In this document: in pieces, positions 43,286 through 52,794 of the stretch
Numbering within the stretch: position 1 is the stretch's first letter
How the letters are laid out: every line of letters begins with the position of its first letter
Assembly: GCA_027312225.1 (NCBI GenBank)
Contig: DAICXK010000001.1
Coordinates: forward strand, 63,148-127,147
Origin: Candidatus Saccharimonadota bacterium
GTDB taxonomy: Bacteria; Patescibacteriota; Saccharimonadia; Saccharimonadales; Saccharimonadaceae
DNA: 64,000 bases
Reading direction: 5' to 3'
The notes under the pieces: model-generated
The model's database searches: none
What the model was told of the DNA's origin: nothing
Seen by the model: the letters and a program-made list of their open reading frames with translations, nothing else
Position numbers and translations under genes: made by a program

Positions 43286-44905
43286 CTAAATGACGCGATT
43301 AATCTCTTCGATCGTCGTATCACCACGTAAGGCGGCCAATACACCTTGCTCTAGCAATGTCAGCATGCCGTTTTGGCGAGCAATTTTTTCAATCGCTTCG
43401 GAATGTACTTCAGCGACGTCCCCGCGCAAAAATGCTTGAATCGGCTCAGTCACGACCAGCTGTTCAATAATCACAATTCGCCCTTTGTACCCAAACGGTG
43501 ACTCATCACTTTTGACAGGCCGCCACAATTTGAAATTGTCAAAATCTGGCTTTTCAACATGATCTGGCAAATCTTTCAATACTTCACGCACCCATTTGCG
43601 CGTCGCTTGATCTGGCTCGTACTCTTCCTTGTTACTATCCAGCTGACGCACCAACCGCTGTGCCATCACCATACGAATCGCCGTACTAAAGATAGGATTG
43701 ACACCGATGAGGTCAATCATGCGGCTAAACGCCGTTGATGTTGAGTTGGCGTGGAAGCTCGATAACACCAAGTGACCCGTAATTGATGCCTGAATTGCCG
43801 TTTTAGCCGTATCGGCATCACGAATCTCACCCACCATCACAACGTCAGGGTCGAGACGAAGCACACTACGAAGCCCGTCTGCAAAATGCTGCCCGCTTGT
43901 TGTGTCAATCGGGATTTGAGCAATACCTCCGATACCATATTCAATTGGGTCCTCGAGCGTGATAATCTTGCGGTCACTCGTGTTGAGGGCGTTAATCATG
44001 CTGTACAATGTCGTCGACTTACCAGAACCGGTTGGGCCCACCATCAAGAGCATGCCACGTGGGTGCCCAACAATCTCGTCAATCTCTTTGCGCTCACGAT
44101 CTTGAATACCTAGAAGATCAAGATTCAACATCGATTCGTCAAAATTGAAAAGTCGCATCACAGCATCCTGGCCATACAGTGTTGGCACCGTTTCGACACG
44201 AATATTCAAAAGATGTGTTGCGCCATCGCGCGTAATCTCGCGTTGCATATGGCCCGACTGTGGTGAATTAGCCGCACTAGAGACGCCAGCACGACTAGCC
44301 AGTTCGCTCATGATGATGCGATAACGGTCGCGCTCAAGATCCGCCACTGGGTGCAAAGCCCCGTCAACACGCATACGCACACGAATATAGGTGCGCTGGT
44401 TCTCGATATGGATATCACTCGCGCCGAGCTTATCAGCCTGATCCAACAAGAAGTTGAAGAGTTCGTCGGTGCCTACGGAATTAAGCGTCTGGCTAACTGC
44501 AGCGAGTGTATCGCTGTCACCCTCGCTCGCGATCTTGATATCGTCGTATACCACCTTCTTTGGTGGGTCAAAACGGTTCATGAATGCTCGGAATCCGCTG
44601 TTACTGATCAGATAAAAGACGGCCGTCTGCCCTACTTCACTGTAGTTTCTACTGATTTCCTTTGGTACTGACTGCGGTGTCTGTGTCGTAATGCCATATT
44701 GCCATGGCTCAGCGTCACTACCTGGGATTAATGGAATAATGCGACTCTTATGCATTTCTGCCACGTCAAGCATATCGCGTGCAAGCGGCAGTGTCTCTTC
44801 GATTGGCCGCGTATCAAGATATTGAAGTCCTAAAATGGCCGATCGCTTTGCCGTTGCATCTTCGTCTTGCTCACGCCGGCGTTGTTGAATTTTATCTTCA
44901 TCCAT
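43286..44905 (-). CDS. GspE/PilB-family secretion/type IV pilus assembly ATPase
   Basis: 539-aa ORF with Walker A GPTGSGKSTT, Asp box, Walker B and His box typical of PilB/GspE. Confidence 0.88.
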   Translation of the reverse strand: MDEDKIQQRRREQDEDATAKRSAILGLQYLDTRPIEETLPLARDMLDVAEMHKSRIIPLIPGSDAEPWQYGITTQTPQSVPKEISRNYSEVGQTAVFYLISNSGFRAFMNRFDPPKKVVYDDIKIASEGDSDTLAAVSQTLNSVGTDELFNFLLDQADKLGASDIHIENQRTYIRVRMRVDGALHPVADLERDRYRIIMSELASRAGVSSAANSPQSGHMQREITRDGATHLLNIRVETVPTLYGQDAVMRLFNFDESMLNLDLLGIQDRERKEIDEIVGHPRGMLLMVGPTGSGKSTTLYSMINALNTSDRKIITLEDPIEYGIGGIAQIPIDTTSGQHFADGLRSVLRLDPDVVMVGEIRDADTAKTAIQASITGHLVLSSFHANSTSTAFSRMIDLIGVNPIFSTAIRMVMAQRLVRQLDSNKEEYEPDQATRKWVREVLKDLPDHVEKPDFDNFKLWRPVKSDESPFGYKGRIVIIEQLVVTEPIQAFLRGDVAEVHSEAIEKIARQNGMLTLLEQGVLAALRGDTTIEEINRVI

Positions 44906-44914
44906 GTTGGCTCT

Positions 44915-44920
44915 ATTGTA
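44915..44920 (-). promoter_or_regulatory. -10 box TACAAT, 9 nt to the ATPase ATG
   Basis: The minus strand reads GTTACAAT AGAGCCAAC ATG. Confidence 0.4.
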
Positions 44921-44993
44921 ACGTAAAACGCAAGCGTTTTAAACTGCAATAGGGCTAGGAGGGCCAACGACCCTACCCCGCCAAAGCCCAGGC

Positions 44994-45022
44994 TTACATC
45001 TCGTGTTACGCTGCCGTATAAT
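44994..45022 (+). promoter_or_regulatory. Promoter TTACAT-N17-TATAAT, 10 nt to ATG
   Basis: TTACAT at 44994-44999 and TATAAT at 45017-45022, with ATG at 45033. No SD; near-leaderless. Confidence 0.55.
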
Positions 45023-45032
45023 ATAGACCACA

Positions 45033-45518
45033 ATGCCTGAGATTATTGTCATTGCCCATAATATACGCTCGACGCACAACGTGGGGTCTATTTTTCGTAC
45101 TGCCGAAGGTTTTGGCGTCACTAAGATCATCCTCAGCGGCTACACGCCATACCCTGTTTTTTCAGGTGACACTCGCCTGCCTCATATCGCCCAGAAACTT
45201 ACCGCACAGATATATAAAACCGCCCTTGGCGCCGAAGATATCGTACCATTTGAATATCAAGATCACCCAGATATCACCAGTCTCCGTGATGAGGGCTTTC
45301 GAATCGTCGGTCTCGAGCAAGATAGCCGATCAGTATTGCTAGCAGATTACCAAACACCCGATCGAGTTGTTCTTCTGCTTGGAGAGGAGGTACATGGTAT
45401 CACAGACGACCTGCGCGAGTTATGCGATGATCTTATTGAAATTCCCATGCAAGGGCAGAAGGAATCCTTCAATGTCAGTGTTGCCACTGGCATTGCCCTC
45501 TATGCGCTCTCTACTTGA
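45033..45518 (+). CDS. SpoU/TrmH-family RNA methyltransferase
   Basis: 161-aa ORF with NVGSIFRTAEGFG, LGEEVHGI and IPMQGQKESFNVSVATGIALY. Confidence 0.8.
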   Translation: MPEIIVIAHNIRSTHNVGSIFRTAEGFGVTKIILSGYTPYPVFSGDTRLPHIAQKLTAQIYKTALGAEDIVPFEYQDHPDITSLRDEGFRIVGLEQDSRSVLLADYQTPDRVVLLLGEEVHGITDDLRELCDDLIEIPMQGQKESFNVSVATGIALYALST

Positions 45519-48500
45519 TGACGACGCAATCTTCGCCAAGCAGCTTTACGAGTTCACCAATGAGGGCACCCTCGGCTTCAACATTAAACGGCAGCTTGAT
45601 CGCCGATTTCTTTTCTTCACCAAGAACCAGCACCACCTGATCAATGCCTGGATGCTTTGCGCAAAGCTGACGAAGCGCGGTCAATGATTCGTGGTCGTCC
45701 GTGTTCTTGACGTGAATGAACATTTGCTTGGCAGCCGGGACCTCAGGAATAGGGCGAGGCATGGGTGCCGTGTCGGCCTGTTTAGTCGTGGTAACTGGCG
45801 CCTCTTTGGCAGGACGAGTGCCAGATTTGGCCGCCCTGTATGCCGCGACACGCGTCGCCTTCACCTTTGCGCTCATCCGCGGCGCCTCCATCTTTCGTCC
45901 CGTCGACTCATATGTCTGCAGCTCTTCATCAGTTACCTCAATAACTTCATCGGCAATCACACTGGCTTCACTACGTAAATTTCCATCGCGATCGCGTGCA
46001 TTAACCTTGCCCGTTACCCGCACTACTGTGTCTTGCACTAGCTTCGCCCCCACCTGCTCGTAAAGATTAGGAAACACCACGACTTCCGTCTCGGTCGACT
46101 TATCTTCTATCTTTACAAATGCCATCTTGGTGCCAGACTTCGTAATAATCGAACGGACGCTTGATATCAGACCGCCAATAGTAACCTTTTTGCCATCGAT
46201 GTCTTCATTGACACGCGACAATGGAATCGTTTGCTCCTCAAAGTATGCATCATAATTATCAAGAGGGTGCGAGCTAATAAACAGTCCCATCAGTTCTCTC
46301 TCCCATGTCAGACGCTCTTTGTCGGTATACTTCGTTGGCGCGTCAAGCAATGTCATCGTCGGCTGCACACCGACTGTGCCCGAATCTGCCAACATGCCGA
46401 ATAAATCAGTCTGTCCGCTTAGGGCTTCTTTTTGCACCTTACTCGCAAAGGCCGTAATTGTATCGAGATTAAACAATAGGTCAGATCGATCTCCAAACCG
46501 GTCAAACCCACCCGATTTAATAAGTGATTCCCACGCCTTGCGGTTAAACTTAGTTGTCGCTACGCGCTTGGCAAAATCTTCGATACTGTTGAATTTACCT
46601 TCGATGTCTCGGGTGCGCAAGACCTCTTCGACCGCCGCTGTACCAACACCCTTGACCGCCGCCATACCAAAGCGAATCTTGCTTTCATTCGGGACCACTG
46701 CGAACTCGACGAATGATTCGTTCACGTCAGGAGCGAGCACTTCAATACCCATGTGCTTGCACTCGGTAATTTCAATGGCGAGGCGCTCGACATCATCGTG
46801 ATCACTCGTCATCAAGGCGGCCATAAATGCATCAGGATAATGCGCCTTCAAATATGCCGTCCAGTAGGCGATCAGTCCATAGCATGCAGCGTGAGACTTG
46901 TTGAAACAGTAGTTTGCGAACTCTTCTAGCTGGTCCCAGAATAGTTCGGCCACTTCTTTTTTTGCACCGCTTGTCTTGATAGCGCCATCCACAAAATCAA
47001 CCTTTACCTTGCGCATCAGCTCGATATTCTTTTTACCTACTGCCTTACGTAAGGTATCAGCCTGACCTCCGGTAAACCCACACCATTCCTTCGATATCTG
47101 CATAAACTGCTCTTGGTACACCAAAATGCCGTACGTATTCTTTAATGAGTTCTCCATGCCCTTGTCGAGATACGTAATTTCCTCTTGGCCGTGCTTTCGT
47201 TTAATAAAGCTGTCGATGAACTGCATTGGCCCCGGGCGATACAGGGCTACCATGGCGATAATATCGTCGAACACGCTCGGCTTCAGCTCACGCAAGTACC
47301 GCTTCATTCCTGCAGACTCTAACTGAAATACACCTGTTGTATCGCCGCGTTGGAAGAGCTCAAAGGTTTTTTGGTCCTCAAGTGGGATAGTCGAGAGGTT
47401 AATCTCTTCTTTATATACTTTTTTAATAATACGGAGCGCATTATTTATAATCGTGAGGTTGCTAAGGCCCAAAAAGTCCATCTTCAACAGCCCGAGCTCC
47501 TCGACAGGACCCATTGGGTACTGGGTAGCAACAACGCCCTTTTGTGCCATTTCGAGTGGTACGTATTTCACAATGTCATCCGGGGCAATCACGACGCCGG
47601 CCGCGTGCACACCATGCGAACGAATCGTCCCTTCAAGGCGAATCGCAAAATCAAACACGCGCTTGGCAGTCGGATTCGTATCGTATTCTTTTTTTAGATC
47701 CGCGTCTTCAACAATGCTTTTTGCCAATGGAATATGACGCCCCTGTTGCGGCGGAGGAATAAGCTTTGCTAGTCGATCACTTTCGCCATAAGGAACTTGC
47801 AATACGCGAGCAACGTCACGAACAGCAGCACGCGCCGCCATTTTACCGAAGGTAACAATATTTGCCACCCGCTCGCTACCATATTTGTTGGCGCAGTATT
47901 CAATCACCTCGTTACGCCTGGTATCTTGGATATCAATGTCAATATCTGGCATTGAGATACGGTCGGGATTAAGGAACCGCTCGAAGAGCAAATCATACTT
48001 TAGCGGATCAAGATCAGTGATGTTCAGCGCGTATGCAATAATCGACCCTGCTGCCGAACCACGTCCTGGACCAAAAATAATCCCTTGATTTTTGCCCCAG
48101 TTAATAAAGTCTTGGACGATCAAGAAGTATCCGTTATACCCCATACGGTTGAGAACATCAAACTCCATATCAAGGCGTTCTACTTCATCGGGTGTCAGTA
48201 AGGCGCGGATTTCGTCGTTCGACATCGCTATCGCCTCATCAACAGTCTTGTCATGATACCGCACCGCCATACCACGATAGACAAGCATATCAAGGTATTC
48301 TTTTTCACTCTCGCCATTTGGCGTTGGGAACTTTGGAATCAAAATACGGCCAAGTTCAAGCTCGACCTCGCACCGATCAGCGATACGCCTCGTATTAGCA
48401 ACCGCCTCAGGATTTGTCTTATTCCATCGCTCAATAATTTCGGCAGGATCGGTGACATGAAGCTCGAACTCCTTAAGGCTCATGCGCTTTTCATCAGATA

Positions 48501-49236
48501 AGTACGCGCCTGTGCCGACACAGAGCAAAATCTCATGAGATTCTTGATCATCATGCGATAAATAATGCCCGTCGCTGGTGACGACCGCGGGAATATCAAG
48601 CTCTTCCGACAGCCGTTCAAGATGCTCATTTATCTTTACCTGTACATCCCATTTGCTTGGGCACTCCGGATGACCATGATCTTGCAGCTCAAGATAGTAA
48701 CGATCACCAAACACGCCCTTATACCACTGGGCATTTTTTTTAGCTTCTTCGTAGTTATCAACCCGAAGATTCTCGCCCAGTTCACCGCTCGCACAACCAC
48801 TGAGCGCAATGATTCCTTCGTTGTATTCTTCCAGGAGATCGTGGTCGATGCGGGGCTTGTAGTACATACCCTCTAGATTTGCCTTACTTGAGAGTATCAT
48901 GAGGTTTTCATAACCTTTCTGGTTCATCGCAAGGAGGGTGAGGTGGTATCGCGCCTTATCTTTCTGGGGATCACGATCATGCCGACTGCGTGCCGCAACA
49001 TACGCTTCAATACCAAGGATTGGTTTAACACCTGCATCTTTGGCGGCCTTATAGAATTCAACAGTACCGCTCATCGTACCATGGTCGGTGATTGCTACCG
49101 CCTCCATGCCAAGGTCTTTAACGCGATCCATCAGGCTCGGTATCTTCGTGAGACCATCCAACAAGCTATGATGCGTGTGATTATGCAGGTGCACATAGTC
49201 ACCCGACGTCAGCAATGTGTCTGTTTTACTCCCCAT
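45511..49236 (-). CDS. dnaE: DNA polymerase III alpha subunit (DnaE type)
   Basis: 1241-aa ORF with PHP motifs (HLHNHTHHSLLDG), palm/fingers blocks (PDIDIDI, GLLKMDFLGL), an OB fold near residue 1000 and an extra C-terminal tail of about 170 aa. Confidence 0.95.
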   Translation of the reverse strand: MGSKTDTLLTSGDYVHLHNHTHHSLLDGLTKIPSLMDRVKDLGMEAVAITDHGTMSGTVEFYKAAKDAGVKPILGIEAYVAARSRHDRDPQKDKARYHLTLLAMNQKGYENLMILSSKANLEGMYYKPRIDHDLLEEYNEGIIALSGCASGELGENLRVDNYEEAKKNAQWYKGVFGDRYYLELQDHGHPECPSKWDVQVKINEHLERLSEELDIPAVVTSDGHYLSHDDQESHEILLCVGTGAYLSDEKRMSLKEFELHVTDPAEIIERWNKTNPEAVANTRRIADRCEVELELGRILIPKFPTPNGESEKEYLDMLVYRGMAVRYHDKTVDEAIAMSNDEIRALLTPDEVERLDMEFDVLNRMGYNGYFLIVQDFINWGKNQGIIFGPGRGSAAGSIIAYALNITDLDPLKYDLLFERFLNPDRISMPDIDIDIQDTRRNEVIEYCANKYGSERVANIVTFGKMAARAAVRDVARVLQVPYGESDRLAKLIPPPQQGRHIPLAKSIVEDADLKKEYDTNPTAKRVFDFAIRLEGTIRSHGVHAAGVVIAPDDIVKYVPLEMAQKGVVATQYPMGPVEELGLLKMDFLGLSNLTIINNALRIIKKVYKEEINLSTIPLEDQKTFELFQRGDTTGVFQLESAGMKRYLRELKPSVFDDIIAMVALYRPGPMQFIDSFIKRKHGQEEITYLDKGMENSLKNTYGILVYQEQFMQISKEWCGFTGGQADTLRKAVGKKNIELMRKVKVDFVDGAIKTSGAKKEVAELFWDQLEEFANYCFNKSHAACYGLIAYWTAYLKAHYPDAFMAALMTSDHDDVERLAIEITECKHMGIEVLAPDVNESFVEFAVVPNESKIRFGMAAVKGVGTAAVEEVLRTRDIEGKFNSIEDFAKRVATTKFNRKAWESLIKSGGFDRFGDRSDLLFNLDTITAFASKVQKEALSGQTDLFGMLADSGTVGVQPTMTLLDAPTKYTDKERLTWERELMGLFISSHPLDNYDAYFEEQTIPLSRVNEDIDGKKVTIGGLISSVRSIITKSGTKMAFVKIEDKSTETEVVVFPNLYEQVGAKLVQDTVVRVTGKVNARDRDGNLRSEASVIADEVIEVTDEELQTYESTGRKMEAPRMSAKVKATRVAAYRAAKSGTRPAKEAPVTTTKQADTAPMPRPIPEVPAAKQMFIHVKNTDDHESLTALRQLCAKHPGIDQVVLVLGEEKKSAIKLPFNVEAEGALIGELVKLLGEDCVVIK

Positions 49237-49247
49237 GTCTACTGTCT

Positions 49248-49256
49248 AGTATACCA
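49248..49256 (-). promoter_or_regulatory. Extended -10 promoter TGGTATACT for dnaE
   Basis: The minus strand reads TGGTATACT, then 11 nt to the dnaE ATG. No SD. Confidence 0.5.
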
Positions 49257-49331
49257 CGAGAAGCCCGAGAGAAATGAGAGCGTGCTCTTATTTCCGAGGC
49301 GACAAAATGTTACACGAATCCGAAGGATTTT

Positions 49332-49340
49332 AGTATAGCA
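49332..49340 (-). promoter_or_regulatory. Extended -10 element TGCTATACT with no adjacent ORF
   Basis: The minus strand reads TGCTATACT just after the upstream stop. It is followed by the AAUCC-UUCG-GGAUU hairpin and about 75 nt of noncoding sequence before the dnaE promoter. Confidence 0.4.
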
Positions 49341-49345
49341 GAGAA

Positions 49346-49651
49346 TTATTTGCCACGGTTGTTCAAGGCATCAAGAATATCTTGAATGAAATCACTCAAA
49401 AATGGCACCAAAGTACCCAGCTGCGCCAGCAGCCATATGAGTAATGCCAGTAGCAGCGTGGCGCCCAAGACACTGCCCAATCCAAAGAACAGGCCTCGGA
49501 TAAAGTTTACCTTATATACTTGCCAGCGATTATCGTACATGTCATCGAAGAGATCCTGCATGACAGCCTGCTTGGCACCATTCACCTGATCTCGCTTGAG
49601 ACGCTGAAAAAACGATATTCTCTTTTCCTTCTTCACTTTCGTCTCTGTCAT
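49346..49651 (-). CDS. Small membrane protein (DUF5665-like)
   Basis: 101-aa ORF with a basic N-terminus and one or two hydrophobic helices (FIRGLFFGLGSVLGATLLLALLIWLL). The start overlaps the upstream stop (ATGA). Confidence 0.6.
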   Translation of the reverse strand: MTETKVKKEKRISFFQRLKRDQVNGAKQAVMQDLFDDMYDNRWQVYKVNFIRGLFFGLGSVLGATLLLALLIWLLAQLGTLVPFLSDFIQDILDALNNRGK

Positions 49652-49902
49652 GCCGACTCCTTCTTCGTTCGTGATCGTAATTTTTTGTACGCACTGGTCG
49701 CCTTGCTGCGCACGGCGACAATAAGGGGAACTGCTAGTTGCAATGTTCGAGTACTTCGCCTGAGGGCCAGAAGCATAAGGCTGGTATCATCACCCACTTG
49801 GCGCAGTTCTCGGCTCAGGCGCACAAACTGTACCGCCAAAGTAATTGCCAGCACAAGCACTGCGATAGCAACGAGTACAAAAAACGCAATGATGATGTTC
49901 AT
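49648..49902 (-). CDS. Small membrane protein (84 aa)
   Basis: N-terminal TM helix IIIAFFVLVAIAVLVLAITLAV and a basic C-terminus. TAGAAT-N6-ATG signal upstream. Confidence 0.55.
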   Translation of the reverse strand: MNIIIAFFVLVAIAVLVLAITLAVQFVRLSRELRQVGDDTSLMLLALRRSTRTLQLAVPLIVAVRSKATSAYKKLRSRTKKESA

Positions 49903-49908
49903 AGCTCT

Positions 49909-49914
49909 ATTCTA
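49909..49914 (-). promoter_or_regulatory. -10 box TAGAAT, 6 nt to ATG 49902
   Basis: The minus strand reads TAGAAT AGAGCT ATG. Confidence 0.45.
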
Positions 49915-49921
49915 CACCAGC

Positions 49922-50812
49922 CTACACGCGCGAACGCAAAAAGTTAGTCAGCTCATCGCCAAAATCAGGATGGTTAAGGCCAAAGTCGATTACCGTCTTG
50001 AGGTATTCCAGCTTGTCGCCAGTGTCATAGTAGGTGCCGTTCTGGATTTCGCAGGCATAGAAAGTATGATTATCATCAATCATCTGCTGCACAATCGGCT
50101 GCAGGGTAAATTCGCCATCTCCATTATATTTGTTTTTAGCGCGCTCAAGATACTCAAAGAATTCCCCTCCCAGCAAGTAGCTGCTGACGGTCGCCAAGTT
50201 TGATGGCGCGTTTTCTTTGCCTGGTTTTTCAATCACACGGCTCATTTTAATGACACCGTCCGCCACATTTTCCCCGGCAACAATGCCATAACGGTCATAC
50301 TCGCCGTCACTCACCACACTCTTGCACGAGAATACGCCACCATCATACTGATCGGCTGTGGCGATCATTTGCTTAAATCGGCTGGGACTTGCCATAATAA
50401 AATCGTCAGCAAACGCATAAATAAATGACTCGTCCTTGCCAATAAGATGTGATGCGCAGGCAAGCGGCGTGGCGTTGCCATACGGACCCTTCTGTCGGAT
50501 GTAGATAAAGTTTGCCAGGTTCGAAACAGCTTCGATCTCGTCAATGTACTTCTTCTTTTTCTCGCCGCCAGCACGGAGATTCGCCAGCAATTCTTCGCTG
50601 GGAACGTCAAAATGATCCTCGATCGATCGTTTGTTACTACTGCCGACAATGATAATGTCCTTAATACCCGCATCAACCAACTCCTCAACCACATATTGAA
50701 TAATCGGCTTGTCGATAATCGGCATCATTTCTTTTGGCATTGCTTTGGTTTGCGGCAAGAATCGTGTTCCAAATCCTGCAGCGGCAATAATTGCTTTGGT
50801 TGGTTGTTTCAT
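49922..50812 (-). CDS. galU: UTP--glucose-1-phosphate uridylyltransferase
   Basis: 296-aa ORF with AAGFGTRFLPQTKAMPKEMMPI and VEKP-like IEKPG motifs. Confidence 0.9.
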   Translation of the reverse strand: MKQPTKAIIAAAGFGTRFLPQTKAMPKEMMPIIDKPIIQYVVEELVDAGIKDIIIVGSSNKRSIEDHFDVPSEELLANLRAGGEKKKKYIDEIEAVSNLANFIYIRQKGPYGNATPLACASHLIGKDESFIYAFADDFIMASPSRFKQMIATADQYDGGVFSCKSVVSDGEYDRYGIVAGENVADGVIKMSRVIEKPGKENAPSNLATVSSYLLGGEFFEYLERAKNKYNGDGEFTLQPIVQQMIDDNHTFYACEIQNGTYYDTGDKLEYLKTVIDFGLNHPDFGDELTNFLRSRV

Positions 50813-51354
50813 GATTGTCCCTCCATTTCTTTCAATTGCTCATACGCGAAGAAAAGTGCCTCTGTGTCTGTCAGTAGCCCGTTGCGAGCGTTGGATAACA
50901 AATCTGCTATCGAAATCTCCTGGATATCGACAAACTCACCATCGTCTGTTTGCTGGTCAGCTACTTTTTTGCAATCAAAAGCAATAAAATAATCCCATGT
51001 TGCACACAAGTACCCACTTTTGTACACCGTTCCTAGATGTTCGATTCGCCCAATGCCATATCCTGTCTCCTCGCGTAACTCTCGTGCAACTGCTGCTTCC
51101 ACATCTTCATCCTTATCGACAGCACCGCCCGGCAACTCATGCATTATCTTCTCTGGACCAGCCCGAAACTGCTTGGCAATGACCACTTTTTTCTCCGGGG
51201 TTAGAGCGATAACGGCCGCAGCCCTGGAACCCTCACGGTCGACAACGACATACTCTTGCTCGTTTCCGTCTGGATCACGAAACCATTTCGTCGTAAGCCA
51301 ACGCCAGCCAATCTTTTGCACCTCAGGTTGACGCGTTCGCTCCCAAGCTTTCAT
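50809..51354 (-). CDS. Nudix hydrolase (ADP-ribose pyrophosphatase-like)
   Basis: 181-aa ORF with a complete Nudix box GAVDKDEDVEAAVARELREETGY. Overlaps the galU start (ATGA). Confidence 0.8.
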   Translation of the reverse strand: MKAWERTRQPEVQKIGWRWLTTKWFRDPDGNEQEYVVVDREGSRAAAVIALTPEKKVVIAKQFRAGPEKIMHELPGGAVDKDEDVEAAVARELREETGYGIGRIEHLGTVYKSGYLCATWDYFIAFDCKKVADQQTDDGEFVDIQEISIADLLSNARNGLLTDTEALFFAYEQLKEMEGQS

Positions 51355-51360
51355 GACTAC

Positions 51361-52794
51361 CTACAACCTTTCTTTGATTAGCTTTTGTGCAAGGCCTGGA
51401 TTGGCCTTACCCTGAGACTTCTTCATAATCTGTCCAACTAGGTAGCCGATAGCCTTGTCATTGCCACTGCGAATGTCTTCTACCGCTTTGGCGCTGGCGG
51501 GATCCGCCAGTACTTCATCAACAATCGCCGCGATTGCGCCTTCGTCGCTTACCTGCAAGAGATTACGTTCTTCGGCCAGCTTGCGCGGATCAACTTCGCC
51601 GTTCATCAGCGCGTTAAACAGTTCGGTCGCGGCATTACTGGTGATCTCAGCCTTTTCGGTCATGTCAGCCAACGCCAGCAGGTCATCAACATCTGGCGTT
51701 TGCAGTTCAACTTCTGTCTCATCGGTACTGAGGTTGCTGGCAATCCAGTTCGCAACCCGTTTAGCAGCTTTCCTTCCGCCGCTGGCGAGAACCGCCGAGA
51801 CGATCTCGGCGTAATCTTTATGCGACATAATCTTACCAACTACTGAACTGTCGACGCCAAGACCCGCAAATTCTTTGCGGTATTCTGGCGGCAGCTTTGG
51901 CACTGTCGCCTGAATCTCGGTAATCTCCTCATCAGTCAGAACGATTGGCGGAATGTCGGCATCTGGCATATAGCGGTAGTCCTGCGCGTCTTCTTTGCTA
52001 CGCTGACTGGTCGTGATTTGCTTGTCATCGTTCCAGCCGCGAGTTTCCTGAACCACCTGTTCACCTTTTTCAATCAGGTCAATCTGACGCTTAAACTCGT
52101 ACTCAGCGGCTTTTTCAACACTGCGGAAACTGTTGAGATTCTTGACCTCGGCACGCTTGCCTAACTCAGTCGCACCATATTTGGCCACCGAAATATTGAC
52201 ATCAAAACGCATATTACCATGGTACAGGTCGCCGTGCGTAACGCCCGCGTAGGTCATGAGTCGATACAACTCGGTGGCATACGCCCGTGCAGCGCTAGCA
52301 CTGTGAATATCGGGCTCGGATACAATCTCGATGAGTGGCGTACCCGCGCGGTTCAGATCAACCAGGCTGTAGTCACCATAATGCGTCAGCTTGCCTGCGT
52401 CCTCTTCCATATGCGCATGATGGATACGCACGCGAACACTCTCACCATTATCAAGCGGCGCGTCAATGTATCCCGCAAGAATAATCGGTTGATACATCTG
52501 GCTGGTCTGGTATCCCTTGGGAAGATCTGGGTAGAAATAATGCTTGCGATCAAAACGGCTAATATGTGCGATATCGGCGTTCAGTGCCTTGCCCGCCTTG
52601 ACGGCTAACGTTACTGCTTCGCGATTGAGCACCGGCAGCATGCCAGGCAAGCCAAAGTCAATCGGCACTACTTTACTGTTTGGCTCGGCGTCACGCGCGT
52701 CGTTATCGGCGCTGCTAAATAGCTTCGTCTTCGTCGCCAACTGTACGTGGCATTCGATACCAATCGTCATTTCGTAATCGTTATAGACACTCAT
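51361..52794 (-). CDS. gatB: Asp/Glu-tRNA(Asn/Gln) amidotransferase subunit B
   Basis: 477-aa ORF with GatB blocks (IGIECHVQL, DLNRAGTPLIEIVSEPD, RFDVNISV) and a C-terminal YqeY-like tail. Confidence 0.95.
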   Translation of the reverse strand: MSVYNDYEMTIGIECHVQLATKTKLFSSADNDARDAEPNSKVVPIDFGLPGMLPVLNREAVTLAVKAGKALNADIAHISRFDRKHYFYPDLPKGYQTSQMYQPIILAGYIDAPLDNGESVRVRIHHAHMEEDAGKLTHYGDYSLVDLNRAGTPLIEIVSEPDIHSASAARAYATELYRLMTYAGVTHGDLYHGNMRFDVNISVAKYGATELGKRAEVKNLNSFRSVEKAAEYEFKRQIDLIEKGEQVVQETRGWNDDKQITTSQRSKEDAQDYRYMPDADIPPIVLTDEEITEIQATVPKLPPEYRKEFAGLGVDSSVVGKIMSHKDYAEIVSAVLASGGRKAAKRVANWIASNLSTDETEVELQTPDVDDLLALADMTEKAEITSNAATELFNALMNGEVDPRKLAEERNLLQVSDEGAIAAIVDEVLADPASAKAVEDIRSGNDKAIGYLVGQIMKKSQGKANPGLAQKLIKERL

